NCBI GenBank assembly: GCA_963711735.1
Contig: CAVQFA010000003.1
Coordinates: 18,971 to 82,970 of the forward strand
DNA: 64,000 nt
DNA from: Candidatus Gottesmanbacteria bacterium
Lineage (GTDB): Bacteria > Patescibacteriota > Microgenomatia > UBA10105 > UBA927
Reading direction: 5' to 3'
The notes below the pieces were generated by a model. That model did no database searches and was not told the origin of the DNA. It saw only the letters and a list, made by a program, of their open reading frames with translations. How positions within the stretch are numbered: the first letter of the stretch is position 1; each line of letters starts with the position of its first letter. This document shows, piece after piece, positions 33,564-43,105 of the stretch. A program made the translations under genes and the position numbers.

Positions 33564-34572
33564 CTGTATACATCCCCATCGAACAACTATATGCCAATCT
33601 TCCGGTTTTCGTCGGTGTAAATGTTATTTGAGTCTCTCCGGATGAAGGTAGCGTTTTGGAAATATTAAATTCAGGTATGGTGAATGCACGTGAACAACTC
33701 CGTACATTGTTTGTGACGAGTGTGAGTATCACCGGTGTATTGACCTTCAGTGTGTCAACAGAAGCTTCATACCCGCTATTTGTAACATTAATGGTTACTT
33801 TTTGTGTCCCTTCTGTAACTGTGGGAGGGGGTGAAGAGGGTTTCGCAGTGTCCAATATCGAATAATCACCCTTTGCGATTTTTGATAAATTCTGCAGTGT
33901 ATACAGTGATCCGCGTGCAGTAAAACCCATATTGATTGTCACGATTCCGAACACAAGCACAATCACACCCGCAATCACGGTAAATGCTTTTCTCTGAAAC
34001 AATTCCGTAAGGGTTGCGCCGAGGAGGAAAAATATCGGACTTGTTCCCGCAACAAAAGCAGCCATGAGAAGCGCTCCCTGTACGGGATTTCCGCTTGCGA
34101 CAGCCTGTGCCATCATTCCCTGCGTTATCCCGCAGGGCATAAGGATTGAGAGAAGCCCGAGTAAAGTCGGTGCAAATATCGATGTATTTTTGGATGTTGT
34201 CCGCAGTACTTTATATGACCATCTGGGAGGTGTGATGACAAAATACCGGAAAATAGGATGCACATTGAGAAGCCGGAGAGCCGTGAGGATCATAAATATT
34301 CCGGCAAAAATCTGAATGGAACTTAATATCTTGGGTGTAAACAGAAATGTCGACCCGATAGCTCCGAGGACAAATCCGAGGATCGTATGGGAAATAATTT
34401 TTGCAGTGATAAATGAACCGACGGGAACGATTTTTGATCCCCATGAACGCACCTCGTGCTTCTGGGATCCCTCATCTCCGATTGCTGATGCTAACAGTCC
34501 TCCCTGAACAGCAAGGCAGGAAATGCCGCCTGTAGTGAGTCCTGTCAGAAATGCAAGCCATAGTGTATTCAT
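33541..34572 (-). CDS. polytopic membrane protein (DsbD_2/UreH-like TM domain) with a C-terminal cupredoxin-like domain; putative copper handling
   Basis: 6-7 TM helices; C-terminal ~110-aa beta-rich domain ending YSCSMGMYTGEFTVVQ (Cys/Met-rich, cupredoxin-like); located between copZ and copA. Confidence 0.4.
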   Translation of the reverse strand: MNTLWLAFLTGLTTGGISCLAVQGGLLASAIGDEGSQKHEVRSWGSKIVPVGSFITAKIISHTILGFVLGAIGSTFLFTPKILSSIQIFAGIFMILTALRLLNVHPIFRYFVITPPRWSYKVLRTTSKNTSIFAPTLLGLLSILMPCGITQGMMAQAVASGNPVQGALLMAAFVAGTSPIFFLLGATLTELFQRKAFTVIAGVIVLVFGIVTINMGFTARGSLYTLQNLSKIAKGDYSILDTAKPSSPPPTVTEGTQKVTINVTNSGYEASVDTLKVNTPVILTLVTNNVRSCSRAFTIPEFNISKTLPSSGETQITFTPTKTGRLAYSCSMGMYTGEFTVVQ

Positions 34573-34667
34573 AATATATATCTCCTCGTTATAAACATGC
34601 AGTCGAAGGGGTAAGAATTTTCATCGGTCGGAAAAATTTTTACCACGGGCAAAAGCACGTCAATGAA

Positions 34668-36967
34668 CTATATTTTAACCCTTTTCAGTCTTAAAGAATT
34701 TGTCACGACTGAAACGCTTGATGCCGCCATTGCAATTCCTGCAAACGCAGGAGACAGCAGTATTCCGAACGTCGGATAGAGAATGCCTGCCGCAATCGGT
34801 ATACCGATCACATTATACGCAAATGCCCAAAACAAATTTTCTTTTATGATCGTCATCGTTTTTTTAGACAATCTGATGGCGATTAATACTTTTGCTATAT
34901 CTCCGTGGAGAAGCGTGATATTGGCTGTCGACATGGCAACATCCGTTCCGGTAGAAAGCGCAATACCGACATCAGCGGTTGCGAGTGCGGGTGCATCATT
35001 TACTCCGTCACCGACCATCGCCACTGTTTTACCGTCTGCTTTCAGCTTTTCAATATGATGTGCTTTTTCATCCGGCAGGACTCCTGCAACAACGTGGTCT
35101 ATCCCTGCCTTTTGTGCGATAAAACGTGCAGTTTGTTCGTTGTCCCCAGAAAGCATGACGACAGTTATTCCCTGTTTTTTTAACGTTTCTACTGTGTGTT
35201 TTGCATTATCTTTAAGTGCATCTGCAACAAACACGAGACCTGTTAGGTCATTTCCCTTTGCCAGAAATACGGGTGTCTTCCCTTCCCGTGTTTCATTTTC
35301 AATAATTGTTTGATCGAATGACACATGTGACTCTCTCATAAATGCTCCGTTTCCCGCCCTCCATATCTCACCACCTATCATTCCTTCTACCCCAAGCCCC
35401 CGCACCATACGAAATCCCTCAACCGTGTCGGGTGTGATATTTTCCAGTTTGGCTTTTTCCAAAATAGCATGTGCAATCGGATGTTCCGAATGTTGCTCGA
35501 GTGACGCAAGAATTTTAATTATTTCCTGATCACTGACAACCGGCAACGCACCACTCACAACTTCTACTCCTACCACTTCCGGTTTTCCTTTTGTGAGAGT
35601 TCCCGTTTTATCCATAACAATGGTATTGACACTCCCAAAGCGCTCAAGGCTCTCTGCGTCTTTTATAAGAATTCCGTTTTTTGCCCCTCTGCCTACGGCA
35701 ACTATCATCGCTGTCGGGGTTGCTAGTCCCAATGCGCAGGGACACGCAATTACAAGTACCCCGATGAATGCGGATATTGCGTATGCAAATGCCTGACTTA
35801 CCGGCAGCGTATACACACCGATAAACAGCCACGCTGCTAAGCTTAAAACTGAAATGATAAGTACTGCGGGTACAAATTTGGATGAGATCATATCTGCGAG
35901 ACGTTCAATGGGGGCTTTAGAATTTTGCGCTTCTTCAACCATTGTTGTTATGCGGGATAACATCGTATCTTTCCCGACTTTCGTTGCCCGTATGACAATG
36001 GATCCGTTGATATTCATCGTTGAACCGATAACTGATGCTCCTTGTGTCACATCAACCGGCATTGACTCGCCTGTCACCATCGATTCATCTATGCTGGAAC
36101 TTCCTTCGATTATTTCACCGTCAATGGGTATCTTCGATCCCGGGCTTTACAATGATCATGTCCCCCACCGCACCTCGTTCACCGGAATTTCTTCTTCACC
36201 GGCCGGTCGTTTCACAATTGCAGTCTTTGCAGCAAGTCCGATAAGCTTTTGAAGCGCTTCACCCGTTTTTCGTTTTGATCCTCATTTCAAGGTATTTTCC
36301 GAAGAGAATAAATCCGGTAACAACTATTGTTGCGTCAAAGTAGAATAGGGAGTCGGAAAATCCGATGATAGATGCAATTTTCGGAAAAGAAACATAAATG
36401 ATGAATAAAGATACGCCGCCTGGGTTCCCAAACCCACAAGCGTATCCATGTTTGCAGCTCCGGTTCGGAAAAAACGTAGGACTCCGTCCGTAAATTGTCT
36501 GCCAAAACCCCATATCATTATGCTTGCTGCAATAAATTCGAGAGTTATGAATAACTGCATCGGGATGGGATTCTCAGGAATTCCGGAAAGAAAGCCACTC
36601 CCGTATCCCACATCATGAGGAGAAACATAACAAGCGCAATGGAAAAAGCAGTAATTGCAATATTTTTCTGCCGCAGAAGACTATCTTCCGGCATCTGCTT
36701 GGTTGTTTCATTTGTCAGATCGTGTAAATGATATCCGTACTTGCCAATCGCATGATCCATTTGAGAAGGCCCGACCTTCTCGGTATCATATGTGATTGAC
36801 GCTTTCTCTGTCGCGAAACTCACGACAACGTCTTCTACGCCCGGCAGCCCCTTGAGTGTCCGGTTGATAATGCTTGCACAACTTGCGCAGTGCATGCCGG
36901 TTATCGGAATTGTTATTTTCTGTTTTATAGTATCCTCCACAACTTTTCTCCCAAGTCTCATAGACAT
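34668..36967 (-). pseudogene. copA: copper-translocating P1B-type ATPase (CopA) disrupted by at least 3-4 frameshifts between 36080 and 36620
   Basis: N-terminal HMA GMHCASCA; TM segments FRTGAANMDTLVGLGT and YFDATIVVTGFILFGKYLE in separate frames; TGESMPV, CPCALGLATP, DKTGTLT and GDGVNDAPAL in the 470-aa ORF; the missing actuator segment IIEGSSSIDESMVTGES is readable in the gap. Confidence 0.85.
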
Positions 36968-36968
36968 A

Positions 36969-37253
36969 TTACTTGTTGTACATCTTCATGAGCGTTTTTA
37001 TTTCCTCGATCATTTTCTTTTTCTTATCGTCACTTTTAGAACTCATTCCCTCTGCAAAGCATGTTTCGAGATGATTATTGAGAAGTTGTTCATGAGCGCT
37101 TTTCAGAAGTCCGATAGCTGCTAAATTCTGCTGCATGACATCCACGCAGTACCGGTCTTCATCGAGCATTTTAATGATGGTATCCAGTAAGCTTCGTGCT
37201 TTTTTAAAAGTTATCGCTGTTTGATGCTTTCCGCATGATGCGTGAGTTTCCAT
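36969..37253 (-). CDS. csoR: CsoR/RcnR-family metal-sensing transcriptional repressor
   Basis: 94 aa, all-helical, conserved C...H...C pattern (RYCVDVMQQ...HLETCF); adjacent to copA. Confidence 0.75.
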   Translation of the reverse strand: METHASCGKHQTAITFKKARSLLDTIIKMLDEDRYCVDVMQQNLAAIGLLKSAHEQLLNNHLETCFAEGMSSKSDDKKKKMIEEIKTLMKMYNK

Positions 37254-37314
37254 AGTTGCTCCTTAATGAGAAATAATATATACTCTTTATACCTATACCC
37301 CAGGTATAGGTAGA

Positions 37315-38470
37315 TTGTCAAGAGGAAATTTTTTCGTATTGCTTTATAGAGTGTTCCTTTCTACAATAACAACCATGTCAAAAGGGTCACGTGCCAAGTC
37401 AATAAACCGTATTATATTTGTCCTTTCCCTCGCCGGTGTCATTATGGCTGTATATGTGCTCCAAAGTTTTCTCCGGCAATCCTCCATTATCTGTCTCACG
37501 GGAAGCGGTTGTGAAGTTGTCCGGAAAAGCGCTGTAAGCTGGCCTTTCGGAATCCCCGTCCCTGCTTTCGGGCTCGTTGGATATCTGGGTTTAACCATAC
37601 TTTCATTTCTGAAAACCATACAACATACAATCCATAACCTACAACGTATTAACTAAATATATGATGGGTATCGGTGTTTTTGGTATCTGCTTCGTCACGT
37701 GGTTTACTTCAATGGAACTCTTTGTCATCAAGGGCATCTGTATGTGGTGTGCGATATCCGCGGTAAATATGTATATTATATTTTTTCTATTACTTGCTAC
37801 CATTCGTCTCGAAAAAGGGAAAACAGATGTGTCTGCCCAAAACGAACCGGTATGATACTCACATCCGAATCCAAGCTCTTTATTGGCGTTTTTGCCTTCA
37901 CGGCATTTCTTATCGGAATTGCCATATTTGCATTTTCCAGACCCCCGAAACCGGTTAGCCAAAGATGTGTTAATTCCGAAAACAGCACAAATGAAAGGAA
38001 ATAAGAATGCATCCGTGTATCTCGTCGAGTTTTCCGATTATCAGTGCCCGGCATGTAAAGCATTTGAGGAGACGGTTGAAAAGATCATCACCTCGTCAAA
38101 CAATAAACTCCTGTTTGTCTACCGCCACTTCCCTCTTGACCAGCATCCGATGGCGCTTCGCTCAGCAATCACCTCGGAGGCTGCCGGACGCCAGGGGAAA
38201 TTCTGGGAAATGCATAATTTGCTTTTTAAAAATCAGGATAAACTGTCCGAAAAGGAATTCCGTGATCTCGCAAATGAGCTTAAGCTTGATATGACGAAGT
38301 TTGAAGCGGATCTCAAAGACCAGAAACTCACCGAAAAGGTCAATTTTGACCGCGCGGACGGACTCAAACTTGGTATCAATGCAACTCCTACATTCTATCT
38401 CAATGGCATGCGGTTGACGCTCAACACGCCTGAAGATCTGTCAAAGGAAATCGAGAAAGTATTGAAATAA
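37315..38470 (+). pseudogene. VKOR-TM-DsbA fusion (vitamin K epoxide reductase homolog fused to a thioredoxin-fold oxidoreductase) with about 3 frame changes
   Basis: VKOR loop cysteines LTGSGCEV and the active site CMWC; a linker TM helix LFIGVFAFTAFLIGIAIFAF; DsbA-like domain with YQCPAC; the frames alternate 0/1/0/1. Confidence 0.7.
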
Positions 38471-38506
38471 TTTTTTTCCAAATCGTATTTATATCAGGTG
38501 AACCAT

Positions 38507-39250
38507 TCAGAGGAACAGTGCCACAGTCATATTCCAGAAAAGGTGAACGAGGATCGGTGCGGCAATTGATCCGAGATATGCATAAAGAACCGAATTGATG
38601 ATGCCGAGCACGAAATTAGTGAGAAAGAAAAGGACGAGCGTCATACCCTGAAACTTAAGCGATGCCACAAGAATCGGAACATGGAGAAGGACAAATAATA
38701 TTGATGAAATGACTGATGCATACGGCAGGTTCTTCGTTTTTTGATAAATTCTGTTGAAAAGAAATCCGCGGTTGAACGTTTCTTCCCAAATCGAGGTTGC
38801 CAGTGAAATAAATAATAAAGGAAATAATCCGTAAGCCTTGAGTGCTTCTATCGGGTTTATGTTAAATGTTCCGTATTTTATGGCGTTAGCAATCACTCCC
38901 TCTATGGCAAACAAAACACCGAATCCGAGTCCTACATACATGGAGACGTAAAGTTTATTTGCCGTAAATCCCAGACTACCGAGCAGTTTTGCTCCCCAGG
39001 TCTTCTCTACCCTTTTGAGATACCAAAGCATGGGGCCTAAAAATACGATCGGTTTAAAGATGTATTCATCTGCCCATTCCGGAAGTTTGAAAAAATAGCG
39101 GTATAAACTCCAAATAAGAAGTGTCCATCCCCAAACCTGAAAGACCGGCTCCAGCGTTGTTGGTACTGCTTGACGCTTTTTTTCTGCCATACTAGTAGCG
39201 TATCGCACCCCCCTTCCGAGTGCAAGAGAGGAAATGAAATATGGTAACAC
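38507..39250 (-). CDS. CPBP-family (CAAX/Abi) intramembrane metalloprotease
   Basis: motif 1 EExxxR (SIWEETFNRGFL) and a downstream His motif (LLHVP); multi-TM. Confidence 0.7.
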   Translation of the reverse strand: MLPYFISSLALGRGVRYATSMAEKKRQAVPTTLEPVFQVWGWTLLIWSLYRYFFKLPEWADEYIFKPIVFLGPMLWYLKRVEKTWGAKLLGSLGFTANKLYVSMYVGLGFGVLFAIEGVIANAIKYGTFNINPIEALKAYGLFPLLFISLATSIWEETFNRGFLFNRIYQKTKNLPYASVISSILFVLLHVPILVASLKFQGMTLVLFFLTNFVLGIINSVLYAYLGSIAAPILVHLFWNMTVALFL

Positions 39251-39317
39251 GCTTCAGGATACACGGACCCTGAATCCGTAAATAAGCTGTCAACGAAGAT
39301 GTTACGTTTTTAAATAA

Positions 39318-39989
39318 TTATTCTGCAATGTTTTTCAATTCCTCAACGCCGCCCTCATACTCTTCTTCCGGTTTTTTCCGTTTCTCCCGTCTGTATTTCT
39401 TCTCTCTTTTCCCTTCACCGATGAAACATATGTCCGGTTCTTTGCGGTTCCCCGGTCGTACGGATGTTACCCGTACAGCCTCTTCTGCAGTTGTCATAAT
39501 AAGCTCAATTACAGTTTGTGCCTGATCGCGGGAGAGTGACCGTAGGTTATGGGGAAAGTAGTGAAATACCAGGTTTCGTCCTTCTTTCCATGTGTTCCAC
39601 AGACGGTCGGCCAAGGCTTTGCCGTACTGATTGGCCACCTGCCCATACGCGCTTCGTGTACCCAGACGGGACGCGAGGTATGGACTTAATGCTTTTCCGA
39701 TTCTGAAATGAGTTGAGTAATAATCACGGTCAGTTATGCACTTCAAATCCAGGAAAAGCTGCTTGAGGAATCCTTCGTACATTTTGGCAAACGGAAATAC
39801 CATATAGGAGTAATCTGTCGGTTCCCTGTCTTTATGGATAAGACTGTCCTCAAGAAGAAACATCCCGTCTTCCGCTAGATGCCTTTGCGTTACGGAAAGA
39901 TAGTTCCATAGGGTTCGCCCGCAAATGCCTTCAGAGGTATGTGCGGATATGAACCTGTGTGTCGCATCTTCATTTGAAATATGATTCAT
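39318..39989 (-). CDS. hypothetical protein with a HEPN-like Rx4H motif and a highly charged Lys/Glu/Arg C-terminal tail
   Basis: RNLVFHYFPHN in a helical context; no confident family assignment. Confidence 0.3.
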   Translation of the reverse strand: MNHISNEDATHRFISAHTSEGICGRTLWNYLSVTQRHLAEDGMFLLEDSLIHKDREPTDYSYMVFPFAKMYEGFLKQLFLDLKCITDRDYYSTHFRIGKALSPYLASRLGTRSAYGQVANQYGKALADRLWNTWKEGRNLVFHYFPHNLRSLSRDQAQTVIELIMTTAEEAVRVTSVRPGNRKEPDICFIGEGKREKKYRREKRKKPEEEYEGGVEELKNIAE

Positions 39990-40031
39990 AGTATCAGTGA
40001 ATGCGATATGGCGGTGATCCTGAATGTATTT

Positions 40032-40523
40032 TCACGGTTGGATAACGATATACGTTTCTAAAAGAAATAATGCGAAAAATATAATGGTAAATATTTGCTG
40101 CTGGCGGACGGATGTCGGGGTTGCAATCATTGTAAACCAACTATTGAGTGTCCCCGTTGACTGCCATTCTCCGAGCATCCAGAGGATGAGCGTTATATAT
40201 ATCGTTCCGACGAGCCCTTTTGCAACAAATCCGACGGATGAAGTTACAACAAAAAGACTCACAACCACAAACCCTCCGACAAAAACGACACTGCGGAACG
40301 GTGAGGGGGTTATGCGGATAAACTCCTCGAAAGCATCAAGGATATAGATCCCGAGAAAACCACCGATTACATAGGTAAGTATTCCCCATTCAGGATGGAG
40401 TCCCCATCGGAAAAAAGCTGTAAGAGCCAAATATATTAGTGAAACCGATAGGAAAAAAAGAGGTTTCTTTCGGATAAAGAGGGTGATTGTCTGTTTAATT
40501 CTCTGAATCTGTATTGTATCCAT
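40032..40523 (-). CDS. hypothetical membrane protein (4 TM helices)
   Basis: 163-aa ORF with four hydrophobic segments. Confidence 0.4.
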   Translation of the reverse strand: MDTIQIQRIKQTITLFIRKKPLFFLSVSLIYLALTAFFRWGLHPEWGILTYVIGGFLGIYILDAFEEFIRITPSPFRSVVFVGGFVVVSLFVVTSSVGFVAKGLVGTIYITLILWMLGEWQSTGTLNSWFTMIATPTSVRQQQIFTIIFFALFLLETYIVIQP

Positions 40524-40634
40524 TACATCTATTATGACGCGAGTTGTGATATGGAATCAACTGTGAGTCCGCGATGTATCAAAAAGAGATGAAATGCCGC
40601 ACGTATATCGCGTGTTTATACATTGAAGCGTGTT

Positions 40635-40904
40635 TTAACGGATTATGAAAGCGTTGTAATTTCCTGATGCATCTCCCCGCGTTACACGGACAGTGTCAAC
40701 GTGTGCTCCGGCCGGACCCATGCGACAGGATGATAAGAGAAGCTCAAGCGATTTCGTTTCCCCTTCTGCAACAGCTTCAACAGTTCCATCGGATCGGTTT
40801 CTGACCCAGCCGGTAAGGTTGAGTTTTTGAGCCTCTTTCCGGACAAAAGCCCGAAACCATACTCCCTGAACAACACCGGAAACGGAAATGTGTATGCTTT
40901 TCAT
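40635..40904 (-). CDS. acyP: acylphosphatase
   Basis: VSGVVQGVWFRAFV and GWVRNRSDGTVEAVAEG signatures. Confidence 0.8.
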   Translation of the reverse strand: MKSIHISVSGVVQGVWFRAFVRKEAQKLNLTGWVRNRSDGTVEAVAEGETKSLELLLSSCRMGPAGAHVDTVRVTRGDASGNYNAFIIR

Positions 40905-40919
40905 AACCTTTCATATCCT

Positions 40920-41180
40920 CTACTCTTTTCCCTCTTTTAACTGTTTCATCTTCCACATAAAAAGTCGGGCTTTGGATGTGGCGTGGGCGTCTTTGACGAA
41001 CGAATGGGCTTTTTCCAGTATTGCACGCGGTACTGTTTTAGCAAGACGGATATACAGGGATTTATGTTTATAATCCTCAAGCTCTTCAGAAAGATAAATC
41101 CCGTAGGATTGAAACTCACGGGAGATATACTTGTCTTCGACAGGATTGAAATTCGTAAGAATATCACTTATGGATTGCAT
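40920..41180 (-). CDS. hypothetical protein
   Basis: 86-aa ORF in an operon with acyP and pth; no recognisable motif. Confidence 0.35.
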   Translation of the reverse strand: MQSISDILTNFNPVEDKYISREFQSYGIYLSEELEDYKHKSLYIRLAKTVPRAILEKAHSFVKDAHATSKARLFMWKMKQLKEGKE

Positions 41181-41224
41181 AATTGAATTTAGAATTTTTT
41201 GGCCTTCATTCTATAGCTTGTATG

Positions 41225-41815
41225 TTAATTAAACCTGTTCATTGCTTTATCAAGACCCTCATTAATTGCAATGAGTACCGCTTCTGCACCGTTTTTTACA
41301 AGATGTTTAAAAGATCCTGCTTCGCTCATGTGGAACCTCGAAAGAACGTAATCTATGACAAACCTGTGGCGGAGTTTTTTATCGTTATTTACTCCCGTAG
41401 ATTCTTTTCCTCTGCCGGTTCCCAAGCGGAATCGCATGATTTTATCCGTTTTGAGTGCATTCATAATGGAATCCATTCCGTTATGTCCTCCGGCGGCTCC
41501 CTGTCCGCGTATCCGGATTTTCCCTAAGGGCAAATCGATGTCATCATGTATCACCCACACATCAGACGGAGTGAGTTTATAGTAATCAATAAGTTTTTTC
41601 ACTGCATCACCGGAACTGTTCATAAATGTCTGAGGTTTAACGAGAAGCACTTCACCGATTCTGGAAACAAGCGCATTTGCGCGTTTATCCGTCTCCCAAA
41701 GACCGGTTTTCGTACCGAGCTCTTTTGCCAACCGTTCTACCACCATAAATCCTATATTATGGCGTGTGGATTCATATTCCCCGCCGGGATTTCCGAGTCC
41801 TACTATGAGTTTCAT
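41225..41815 (-). CDS. pth: peptidyl-tRNA hydrolase
   Basis: MKLIVGLGNPGGEYESTRHNIGF N-terminus with the catalytic His. Confidence 0.9.
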   Translation of the reverse strand: MKLIVGLGNPGGEYESTRHNIGFMVVERLAKELGTKTGLWETDKRANALVSRIGEVLLVKPQTFMNSSGDAVKKLIDYYKLTPSDVWVIHDDIDLPLGKIRIRGQGAAGGHNGMDSIMNALKTDKIMRFRLGTGRGKESTGVNNDKKLRHRFVIDYVLSRFHMSEAGSFKHLVKNGAEAVLIAINEGLDKAMNRFN

Positions 41816-42441
41816 GCTTTTTTGGCAAGAATCGAAAGTACAGTGTCATTTTCCACTGCGTCAAACGACTCATAGAACTCTCCGACGGATTGCAGATCCG
41901 CGGGGCTTTCTAATACTGCCACCTCTTTCACGGAACTTTGTACGCGCGATACGACAATTGACGGAGCAACAGGAAGAGCAAGGACGATATCTTTTACCTT
42001 TTTTGCGTGTACCCATTTTATTGCCGCCTGGATAGTTGCGCCTGTTGCTACACCGTCATCGGTCAATATGACGGTTTTTCGTTCGATGGATACGGGTTTT
42101 TTTACTTTCCTGTAGGCTTGTATAGTTACTTTTACGTCTTTTGAGAGAGTTTCGGATTTTTCTTTGACATACGCTTCATCGGCTCCTACTATGTGCGCGA
42201 GTTTCCAGTCTATATATGTTGCTCCGTCAGGTGCATATGCGCCTATACCGAGTTCCGGATCCTCGGGGCTTGAAATTTTTCTGACAACCAGTACGTCAAA
42301 CGGGATATTGAGTGCCTGAGAAAGAACGGATGCGACGACAACACCGCCGCGTGCAAGTCCTATGATAACTGAATCTGTCTTTTTATACGCCTGAAGTTTT
42401 GCTGCGAGAAGTTTTGCTGCTTGCTCTCGATTCGTAAACAT
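41812..42441 (-). CDS. phosphoribosyltransferase-domain protein
   Basis: PRPP-binding motif VILTDDGVATGATI; 4-nt overlap with pth. Confidence 0.7.
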   Translation of the reverse strand: MFTNREQAAKLLAAKLQAYKKTDSVIIGLARGGVVVASVLSQALNIPFDVLVVRKISSPEDPELGIGAYAPDGATYIDWKLAHIVGADEAYVKEKSETLSKDVKVTIQAYRKVKKPVSIERKTVILTDDGVATGATIQAAIKWVHAKKVKDIVLALPVAPSIVVSRVQSSVKEVAVLESPADLQSVGEFYESFDAVENDTVLSILAKKA

Positions 42442-42517
42442 ATCGTCGTTGTCATACTAACACAGGGAGGTTCCTTAGTATATATGTATTTTTCAGTATG
42501 ATATGTACTCTCTCATA

Positions 42518-42680
42518 CGCAACGAAAGCTTAGCCCTGCCAGAGTACTCTAAGGGTGTGTTCCAAAAATAACCAGAATTGTTATTTTAGATTACGACCCT
42601 TTGTGCCGCATCATTCTTAATTGAGTGTTCATTTCATCTAAGATGCGGCCTATGCGGCAGAACCAAGCTTTCGTTTATAC
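42518..42680 (-). ncRNA. candidate structured RNA or cis-regulatory leader upstream of the PRTase-pth operon
   Basis: an 11-bp closing helix (aacgaaagctt/aagctttcgtt) encloses three hairpins (gccgcatc/gatgcggc; aaaataac/gttatttt; agggt/accct); see findings. Confidence 0.3.
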
Positions 42681-42691
42681 AAACATACAAC

Positions 42692-43021
42692 TTATTTCGT
42701 CATCTTTGCAAGTTGTTTTTCCGCGATATCCCCTACGTACGGTACTTTATACATCTCTCCCTGGAATGCTTTCCACATACACAGAATCCAGAGAATAAAT
42801 GCCACAAGAGATAATATGAGTCCGACAAGCCATCCCAGAAGCGGAATAAATCCAAGCGCGATATTTGCTATAAATACACCTCCGAACAGAATGGTCGATT
42901 GCATCGCGTGGAACCGAACAAATTTACTTTCTTTCTCTATAAGGAGAAAAATGATTCCTGTAACAAACCCCAGGAGGTATGTTGCTGCACCCATTAAATT
43001 TTCGTTGCTTTTATCTGCCAT
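42692..43021 (-). CDS. DUF4870-like small membrane protein
   Basis: 109 aa, 2-3 TM helices, conserved HAMQS-like segment (FHAMQSTILFGG). Confidence 0.45.
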   Translation of the reverse strand: MADKSNENLMGAATYLLGFVTGIIFLLIEKESKFVRFHAMQSTILFGGVFIANIALGFIPLLGWLVGLILSLVAFILWILCMWKAFQGEMYKVPYVGDIAEKQLAKMTK

Positions 43022-43105
43022 AATTTTTCACCTGCCTTTCTATCTCAACGATATCATGACCGAAAATTGCGCGTCAATGAGCAAGATTCCTGATGTTTCT
43101 AGGGA

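Noticed and set aside
35854-36252. Plus-strand ORFs inside the copA region (35854..36252, 36035..36244, 34783..35058 and others)
   Set aside because: They are antisense or off-frame to readable CopA motifs (TGESMPV, CPCALGLATP); they are artefacts of the long frameshifted gene.
42442-42691. Purine or other named riboswitch upstream of the PRTase gene
   Set aside because: By-eye comparison to the guanine/adenine riboswitch consensus (UAUA...GGGAUAUGGCCC...GACUAUG) and to TPP (CUGAGA) and others shows no match. I kept it only as a generic structured-RNA candidate.
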